DNA of 64,000 bases from Nitrospiraceae bacterium (GTDB taxonomy: Bacteria > Nitrospirota > Thermodesulfovibrionia > UBA6902). Where the stretch lies: NCBI GenBank assembly GCA_003599425.1, contig QZKC01000083.1, forward strand, positions 10,372 to 74,371. Direction: 5' to 3'. The translations under genes and the position numbers were made by a program. Positions 54,439 to 61,021 of the stretch are shown here, piece after piece; the first letter of the stretch is position 1; each line of letters opens with the position of its first letter. Below the pieces are notes generated by a model. It was not told where the DNA came from and made no database searches. It saw nothing but the letters and a program-made list of their open reading frames with translations.

Positions 54439-55563
54439 TTGGAAATGCCTGAACATGACAAAGAGCCAATAATAAATGAGATAAACAGGATCTACCATCA
54501 AATGCCACGGTGGGTGATCCAGCTCCTTCTTGCTGGAATTTTTATTTTCTTTGCATATCATACTGTCAGCCTTCTGATCACTCTTCTCCTTTCATTCATC
54601 CTTGCATATATAGTGAACAATCTCATTAATATAGCCGAGTCCATGGGGATTAAAAGATATCATGCTGTCGTAATGTTCTATGTTCTTATGCTGGTACTGC
54701 TCATAGTGGCAGAGATGATCCTGGCGCCTTACCTGCAGAAGGAAGTGGAACATTACTATGCCAGGCTTCCTGAATTTTCTGCCAGAATTGAAAATATCCT
54801 GACAAATGCAGCCGGCGGCAGGATAAGCAATTATCCGCTTTCAGATGAGATCATTCGAAAGATGCTGAATACTGTCATGAGGCCCGGCATTATGATCGAC
54901 AAAACACTCAATTTTTCTGACATCGTTAACAAAACCACATCACTTTTTTTCGGAGCGGTACTTGTTCCTTTCTTTGCATTCTTTCTGCTCAGGGATTGGC
55001 CCGTGATACTGAAAAAAGTCATGTCATGGGTTCCTCCGCAATATGTCGAAACAACGGTATCGCTTCTTTCCGAGATAAACATTCTGGTCGGGAAGTATCT
55101 GAGGGGACTGACGCTGGATTGCATTCTGGTAGGTATCACGGCAACGGTTGGATTATCACTGTTCGGCATTAACTATCCGATCTCTCTGGGGATACTTACC
55201 GGTGTTGCAAATGTTATACCGTATTTCGGCCCTGTAATGGCCTGCGCTGCCGCCAGCCTGATCGCGTTCACGCAATTTAACAGTACAATCGCGGTACTGA
55301 ATATGATCATCCTGTATATAGCTATCAGGCTGATCGACGATCTTGCAATTCAGCATGTTACACTTGGCAAGATCATTAAACTCCATCCCATGCTGCTTGT
55401 CATAACCATCATGTCCGGCTATATGCTCTTTGGTGTTATTGGTATGGTAGTCGCTGTGCCTGCTGTATCGGTCATTCAAAAGGTTCTGAGTATTATCATT
55501 GAGAACCGGAAGCACCTTGCCGGGGAAAATGATTCGATCCGTCCAGTTAATTTTCCAGTATGA
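54439..55563 (+). CDS. AI-2E family (PerM/UPF0118) transporter
   Basis: 374 aa with about 8 hydrophobic helices. Family-typical segments are YLRGLTLDCILVGITATVGLSLFGINYPISLGILTGVANVIPYFGP. Confidence 0.75.
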   Translation: MEMPEHDKEPIINEINRIYHQMPRWVIQLLLAGIFIFFAYHTVSLLITLLLSFILAYIVNNLINIAESMGIKRYHAVVMFYVLMLVLLIVAEMILAPYLQKEVEHYYARLPEFSARIENILTNAAGGRISNYPLSDEIIRKMLNTVMRPGIMIDKTLNFSDIVNKTTSLFFGAVLVPFFAFFLLRDWPVILKKVMSWVPPQYVETTVSLLSEINILVGKYLRGLTLDCILVGITATVGLSLFGINYPISLGILTGVANVIPYFGPVMACAAASLIAFTQFNSTIAVLNMIILYIAIRLIDDLAIQHVTLGKIIKLHPMLLVITIMSGYMLFGVIGMVVAVPAVSVIQKVLSIIIENRKHLAGENDSIRPVNFPV

Positions 55564-55837
55564 GGGTTGTCCAGCACCACCATCAGGCTTTTCAATGACT
55601 GAAGAGAACCTCACACGGCAGGATAAAAGTGGCTGGGGCGGGAGGAAACCTGCAGGACAACGAGGATATCTTATAACTCATGCAGGAACAGGCACTGCCC
55701 CAAATGCCTTTTTCCTCAGAAAGGAGCAATGGCTTGAAGCGAGGAACAAATATCTGCTGCCCATACAATTGTTTATCGCTCGCCAAAAGTATTCTGATAG
55801 ATCCTTTCAGGGGTCACGCCCCTTCAGCGCCGCACGA

Positions 55838-56923
55838 TCACGTAGGTTTAAAGGGAGTATGAATGCCGTCACTTCCTTTCTCCAACGGACCGGGCCAGTT
55901 CAGTATCCCGCCTTTGATGCTCCTGGCATTAAATCCCTGACTGTTCAGCAGAAACGCGGCCGTTGCGCTTCTGGCGCCCAAAAGACAATATGCATAATAT
56001 TCCCTTGAATTATCCAGTTCAGCATATCTTTTTCTGATCTCATCAAGAGGAATATTGATCGCTTCGGGAATATGCTCTTCGTCGAATTCCATCTTCATCC
56101 TCACGTCAAGGAAGGTGATGTTCCCCTTTGCTCCATTGAGCACTGCAAGTGGATCAACCTCCTTGAGGAAAGAGGATTTGACAACAGAGTCAAAGTCAGA
56201 TTTTGCAAGCACCCACAATACAGTCTCGTCAATTGTCCGAACTGTAGCGCTGCGCGGCGAATCAGTTAAAAGCGCCTCTTCGCCAAAAGCCTGTCCCTCT
56301 TCAAGTATAGCTACATGTTCAGGCTCTTCGCCCAGCATCTTTTTCAGCACCTCAACTTTTCCGGACTTTACTATGAAATACTCATCGCCCCTTTCCCCCT
56401 GTGCTATTATTGTCTGTCCAAGTGTAAATCTCTTTTCCTTTAATTTGCCTGTCAACGCGGACATCTTCTCAGGCTCCAAAAGGGCAAAGGGCTGCAACAT
56501 TTTCAGTTCATTGAACAGGTAGAAGCGCTGGTGACGGTCTACCATCGCTCCTGCAAAAGCAGAATCTGCCCTGATTATTTCTTCAAATTCGGGCTTCGGG
56601 AGTTTCAAAAGTGTAACGTCTGTCCTGGCAGTAACCGAGCAGAAACGGGGTAAGCATGTAAGCAATGCCATCTCACCAAAACTCTCTCCCCGCCCTGAAA
56701 CTGCTATCGTAGCAGCCTGCCCTGTATCTGTCTTTTTTGTTACTTCTACTTCGCCTTTGGATATCAGATAGAAAGCATCCGCAGGTGCTCCTTCTTTTAT
56801 GATATGCGTACCCGCGGATAAGTTAACGTGTTCAAGTTTTTGCGATAACGCTTCCAACGCTCCATCAGAGAGGCACGAAAAGTAACAGTATTGCCTCAGG
56901 TCTTTATAGGATGTCTGTTCCAT
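55838..56923 (-). CDS. tandem cNMP-binding domains + rhodanese domain, paralog 3
   Basis: 361 aa. Contains SFGEMALLTCLPRFCSV and AFGEEALLTDSPRSATVRT. The rhodanese loop is YCLLGARS. The C-terminus and 3' flank are shared with paralog 2. Confidence 0.8.
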   Translation of the reverse strand: MEQTSYKDLRQYCYFSCLSDGALEALSQKLEHVNLSAGTHIIKEGAPADAFYLISKGEVEVTKKTDTGQAATIAVSGRGESFGEMALLTCLPRFCSVTARTDVTLLKLPKPEFEEIIRADSAFAGAMVDRHQRFYLFNELKMLQPFALLEPEKMSALTGKLKEKRFTLGQTIIAQGERGDEYFIVKSGKVEVLKKMLGEEPEHVAILEEGQAFGEEALLTDSPRSATVRTIDETVLWVLAKSDFDSVVKSSFLKEVDPLAVLNGAKGNITFLDVRMKMEFDEEHIPEAINIPLDEIRKRYAELDNSREYYAYCLLGARSATAAFLLNSQGFNARSIKGGILNWPGPLEKGSDGIHTPFKPT

Positions 56924-56992
56924 AAGTCTGAACTCCTTTTATACGTCTTAAATTTCTCTTTTGCATTTCCGTTCTTTTGCACTGCATGCTTA

Positions 56993-58078
56993 TCAATTTA
57001 CTGTTGCAGGTTGGTGAATGCCGTCACCTGTGCGTTCAGTCGGCCCGTCCCACGCGCTCAATCCTCCCCGGAGAGCGCTTGCGTTATATCCCATGCTTTT
57101 CATGAGGAATGCTGCTGTCATTCCCCTGGAGTCATTTGTGCAGTACGTGTAATATGTCTTTGCCTTATCGAGTTCTCCGAATTTCTGCCGTAAAATTTCA
57201 ATTGGGATATTTATAGCCCCTGCGATATGCTCTTCCTCATATTCAGGGGTTATCCTTGCATCAATAAAAACCACTTTGCTCCTTTCCTCTTCCGGTATCT
57301 CTTCAGGAAAGGCATTTTCCACAAATGATTTTCTCAATATGCCATCAAAGGTTGCTTTATCCAGAACCAGCACGGTTGTCTCGTCAATCGCCTGTACTGT
57401 TGCGTTTCTCGGCATTTCCCTTATTATTGCCTCTTCACCAAATCCCAGTCCGCTGCCCAATTCCGCCACCTGTTCAGGAGGGTTATCCCCCTTCTTCTGA
57501 ATAACCTCAACACGGCCTGATCTGATAATGTAATATTCACTGCCCTTATCACCCTGCGTGATGATCACCTCACCGGGCGAGTATTTTTTTCCCTTCATTT
57601 TATCTATAAGGGTGAGCATCTTCTCGGGTTCAATGAGCGCAAACGGCTGAAGGGTTTTCAATGAAATAAATTCAGCATAATTCTGTGACTGTCTACCCAA
57701 TAAATTCGAAAAAGATGTGTCAAGGCTGATTATTTCTTCAAAATCCTCTCTGCTGATTTCAGAAAGCATGACGTCAGTCTTTGCCGTAACTGTACTGCTT
57801 CGGGGAAGATTGGTAATCAAAGCCATTTCGCCAAAGCTTTCCCCTGCGCCAGATGAAGAGAGTTTCGCGTCTTGTCCGAATTCGGTCTTCTTGGTAACAT
57901 CCACCTCCCCTTTGCACACAAAATATAAAGATTTCCCCTGCTCTCCCTCTTTGATAATTTTTGTCCCTACTGGGAACTCAACCTGTTTGATTTTACGGGA
58001 GAGCACCTCCAGGGCACCATCCGACAATGAGGAAAAATAGCTGTAATTTTTCAGGTCATTAACAGATAGTTTTTTCAT
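56993..58078 (-). CDS. tandem cNMP-binding domains + rhodanese domain, paralog 4
   Basis: 361 aa. Contains SFGEMALITNLPRSSTV (canonical, without the Cys pair) and GFGEEAIIREMPRNATVQA. The rhodanese loop is YCTNDSRG. Confidence 0.8.
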   Translation of the reverse strand: MKKLSVNDLKNYSYFSSLSDGALEVLSRKIKQVEFPVGTKIIKEGEQGKSLYFVCKGEVDVTKKTEFGQDAKLSSSGAGESFGEMALITNLPRSSTVTAKTDVMLSEISREDFEEIISLDTSFSNLLGRQSQNYAEFISLKTLQPFALIEPEKMLTLIDKMKGKKYSPGEVIITQGDKGSEYYIIRSGRVEVIQKKGDNPPEQVAELGSGLGFGEEAIIREMPRNATVQAIDETTVLVLDKATFDGILRKSFVENAFPEEIPEEERSKVVFIDARITPEYEEEHIAGAINIPIEILRQKFGELDKAKTYYTYCTNDSRGMTAAFLMKSMGYNASALRGGLSAWDGPTERTGDGIHQPATVN

Positions 58079-58635
58079 CGCTCTTTACCTCTCCATAAAA
58101 GAAATTTATTATCGATACGTCAAGAAGCTCTCGTACCGTTTCAGTATATCATTGTACTTTCATACCTTCAATAATTACTTTCCCATTATTGATAGTCATA
58201 TTCCCGCTTACTGTTGTCTTGCCTCATAAATCCACCCCACATGACTTGTTAATACATCATAAAGACAAGAGGTTGAAGTTATTGTCTGCTTAACTCCAGA
58301 TTATGATCTCTAACCTAATAGAGCAGGGCTTCAACAACTTGCCATTAAGACTGCTAAAGATTCTTCCTGCCATCGTTCCTCCCCCCTTTATAGAGACAGT
58401 TATTTGAAATGTTCTTTTATAGATTCATGCACAGCATAAATGCAAAGGCGCATTCGATCTATCAATCGTTACGTTTATTGCTGTCGTTATTGTTAAGCAG
58501 AGCCGCTTTTAAGTCGATCTATAGTTTAAAGATTACTGCAGGGATTGTAAATACTTTTTTGGGGCCACTTTTTTGGAGAATCTTACCAGAAAGCGGCCTT
58601 ACAGCTTTCCAGAGATATATGGTACAACGATTATG

Positions 58636-58878
58636 TTATGCTTGCACAGAACAGCTCCAGAGCGTATCGGGAGCAATATCGATATTGCCCGGCCAAACCA
58701 CAGTGCCGTATTGAACGGACGCTTTGAAGAATAGCGGAGAGTTGAAGAGTTTGATAAAAGGTTTTCTGTCAAAGTACGGTTTCATGTCAAAAATACGTCT
58801 TTCGCCATTTTCAAAAACAAGCTCCAGGGTATAATCGTCATGAGTTTTTACGCTGATGACATCAAGCAACGCTTCCAT
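58636..58878 (-). CDS. DUF2442-family small protein
   Basis: 80 aa. VKTHDDYTLELVFENGERRIFDMKPY...G.VVWPGNIDIAPDTLW matches the DUF2442 pattern. It is paired with the upstream DUF4160 gene across a 12-nt gap. Confidence 0.7.
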   Translation of the reverse strand: MEALLDVISVKTHDDYTLELVFENGERRIFDMKPYFDRKPFIKLFNSPLFFKASVQYGTVVWPGNIDIAPDTLWSCSVQA

Positions 58879-58890
58879 AAATAGTCTCCT

Positions 58891-59163
58891 TTATTGAAGT
58901 GGGGCGATGCGAAATGGTTCATCGCCATTAACGGCAAGTTCCCAGTCTGCCATTAGCTCATCCCTATGAATATCGATCCAGACCTGCACCATCCGAAGTT
59001 GGCGGGCTGGAAAGTCGCCAGCAAGAACACTGCCATCGTCAATCGCAATTGACGCCTTCCTGCCTTGGTATCGAACATGAATATGCGGTGTATGATGCTG
59101 CTCGTTATCACCATAAAACATTGATACGAGAATTCCGAAGAACATTGAGATTGTCGGCATCAA
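58891..59163 (-). CDS. DUF4160-family small protein
   Basis: 90 aa. PTISMFFGILVSMFYGDNEQHHTPHIHVRYQG is the DUF4160 signature. Confidence 0.75.
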   Translation of the reverse strand: MMPTISMFFGILVSMFYGDNEQHHTPHIHVRYQGRKASIAIDDGSVLAGDFPARQLRMVQVWIDIHRDELMADWELAVNGDEPFRIAPLQ

Positions 59164-59389
59164 TACTCCTTTATATCGACATTATACAATATGTATAGCG
59201 ATTTTTGCCGTATGCTTGTAGTGCATTGCCATAGCCCTACTAACGCCGCAAGAGCGATGCCATGGAAGCAGTGTCTCCGATGTGCTCGAAGAAATATGAC
59301 TAATCGTGGGTTAACCTGCTGCCGGCAAAATCCCTGATCGTTGCCTTTTCATTGGAAATTTCACAGCAGGGCTTCGGGTGTTTACCCGA

Positions 59390-60790
59390 TTAAAAATAAA
59401 AGATCGCAGATGTCATTAACGTGTGCTGATTAACATCGGGATCGCTGTCCGTAGCAGCAAGGAAATCCGTTGTGATATTCCTTCCGAATCTGTATTGATA
59501 AGACATATCCAGCGCAATCCGGTCGCTGGCAAAGCCGGTTCCGAAGGAGATGCCGTAGAAATCATCGAGATGCCCTGTCGCGGGTTCCGGATCATAGAAC
59601 AGTCCGAATCTTAGGGGGACAGTATACTTTGCTTTTATAAAGAGATATTCCATTCCAAGACGCGCCTGGGTTGTATCTTTTAAACGGCCTTTGCTGATGG
59701 GAACGCTGTTCAGTGGATTTGTTTCATTACCTTCCGAGTTTCTAAGTACGAACCTTGACCATTCAGTAATGTACATATCAGCCGCAATTGTGAGACTGTC
59801 GGAATGTCTGTAAGAAATGCCCACTCCGTATGACGCCGGCATCCTCATCGTAAATTTCTCCCTGGTAGCTGTAGTTTCGGGTCCATTAATTGTTTCTGAT
59901 GGGGGGAGCATTGAAACATATTCAAGCCTGTTTATGTCATAATTGGTTACCTTTCTTGCTTTTTCAAGGTCCGCGTCAAATGCCGTTTTATAGACCCCGC
60001 CGATGATCAATGAGTCCGTGATTGACCACAATACCCCAAAGTGCCAGTTGTCCCCCTCAAACCTGTTTTCTTCTTCAATGGTTGTACTTGATTCCGTATA
60101 AACCGTCACTCCATTTATGGGCGCAGGGAGCGGCATCAGCGTTGTCTTGGACTCCCTTCGAATATTCCTGCTGTCCCATCCGTTTGCTCCGAAAAAGTTG
60201 TCCCATATATTATAGGTCGCTCCTAAAGTCAGCCCCGGTAGTAACTGAACAGCAAATGCAGGTGACAGGGTATATAGAAAGCCATCCTGCTGAAATTCAT
60301 GACTGCCGCTTTCAGTCAGCACAGACACAGAACTGCCGGGATCCACGGAAGACGAGCCTATAAAATCAAATTTATAATCTTTATTCATTTCGAAAAGCCT
60401 TTGGTAATTAAGGGAGATTATCATGTTCCTGTTCAGGAAAACGAAGGGATATGCAATGCTGGCATAATTAAGACCGTCCGCGTCCATTTTCTGGACACTG
60501 TCTATTTCTGGATGCTGATCGGAAGAATACTTTTGCCTTCTATGAAAATATGAGTACACAGCCGACATCTCGGGCTTTTCAAGTTGTATGAGGCCGGCCG
60601 GGTTCCATGAAGCAGCGGTTGCGTCATCAGCAACGCCGATAAAGGCGCCGCCCATTCCAGTCGCACGCGCTCCGGAACCCACAGGATTCAAGGTAGATGA
60701 AAATTCTGTCTGCTGGGCATTCGCGCTCTTAATGAAAATCAGACTTGCAAAAAGAAAAAGAATAATAAGGAATATTCTTGATCCGGACAT
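59390..60790 (-). CDS. FadL/TodX/PorV-like outer-membrane beta-barrel protein
   Basis: The likely start is the ATG at 60790 (MSGSRIFLIILFLFASLIFIKSANA|QQ), preceded by AAAGGA. The N-terminal signature is GSGARATGMGGAFIGVADDATAASWNPAGL and the C-terminus is aromatic (SAIFYF). The track start at 60952 runs into a dispersed repeat. Confidence 0.7.
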   Translation of the reverse strand: MSGSRIFLIILFLFASLIFIKSANAQQTEFSSTLNPVGSGARATGMGGAFIGVADDATAASWNPAGLIQLEKPEMSAVYSYFHRRQKYSSDQHPEIDSVQKMDADGLNYASIAYPFVFLNRNMIISLNYQRLFEMNKDYKFDFIGSSSVDPGSSVSVLTESGSHEFQQDGFLYTLSPAFAVQLLPGLTLGATYNIWDNFFGANGWDSRNIRRESKTTLMPLPAPINGVTVYTESSTTIEEENRFEGDNWHFGVLWSITDSLIIGGVYKTAFDADLEKARKVTNYDINRLEYVSMLPPSETINGPETTATREKFTMRMPASYGVGISYRHSDSLTIAADMYITEWSRFVLRNSEGNETNPLNSVPISKGRLKDTTQARLGMEYLFIKAKYTVPLRFGLFYDPEPATGHLDDFYGISFGTGFASDRIALDMSYQYRFGRNITTDFLAATDSDPDVNQHTLMTSAIFYF

Positions 60791-60910
60791 TTTGTAATTT
60801 CCTTTCGTTGTTGTTACTAATATTGTCCTTTGTAAAGCCTCATAATACATTATCCTCATGCCCGAAGTTCTTTCTCCTCGGCGAATCGCCTGGGGCGATA
60901 AGCGGGCATC

Positions 60911-60947
60911 CAGCCTGGATTCCCGCTTACTGACTGCGGGAATGACA
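60911..60947. repeat. dispersed palindromic repeat, partial copy D
   Basis: ccagcctggattcccgcttactgactgcgggaatgac, which is the right half of the repeat family. Confidence 0.6.
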
Positions 60948-61021
60948 AACAATGTGGCTTTATTAATGAAGTTCTTAATAACTCCCCTGCACCCTTTTAA
61001 ATAACTCCCCCTAAACCCCTT

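Noticed and set aside
58409-58714. 101-aa plus-strand ORF in the 557-bp gap upstream of cNMP-rhodanese paralog 4
   Set aside because: It overlaps the 3' end of the DUF2442 gene on the opposite strand. It has no SD and no recognisable motif. The gap is more likely promoter or leader DNA.
60791-60952. 54-codon N-terminal extension of the FadL/PorV-like ORF
   Set aside because: The extension is the translation of a dispersed-repeat copy (VIPAVSKRESRLDARL). A canonical signal peptide begins at the internal ATG at 60790, which has an SD.
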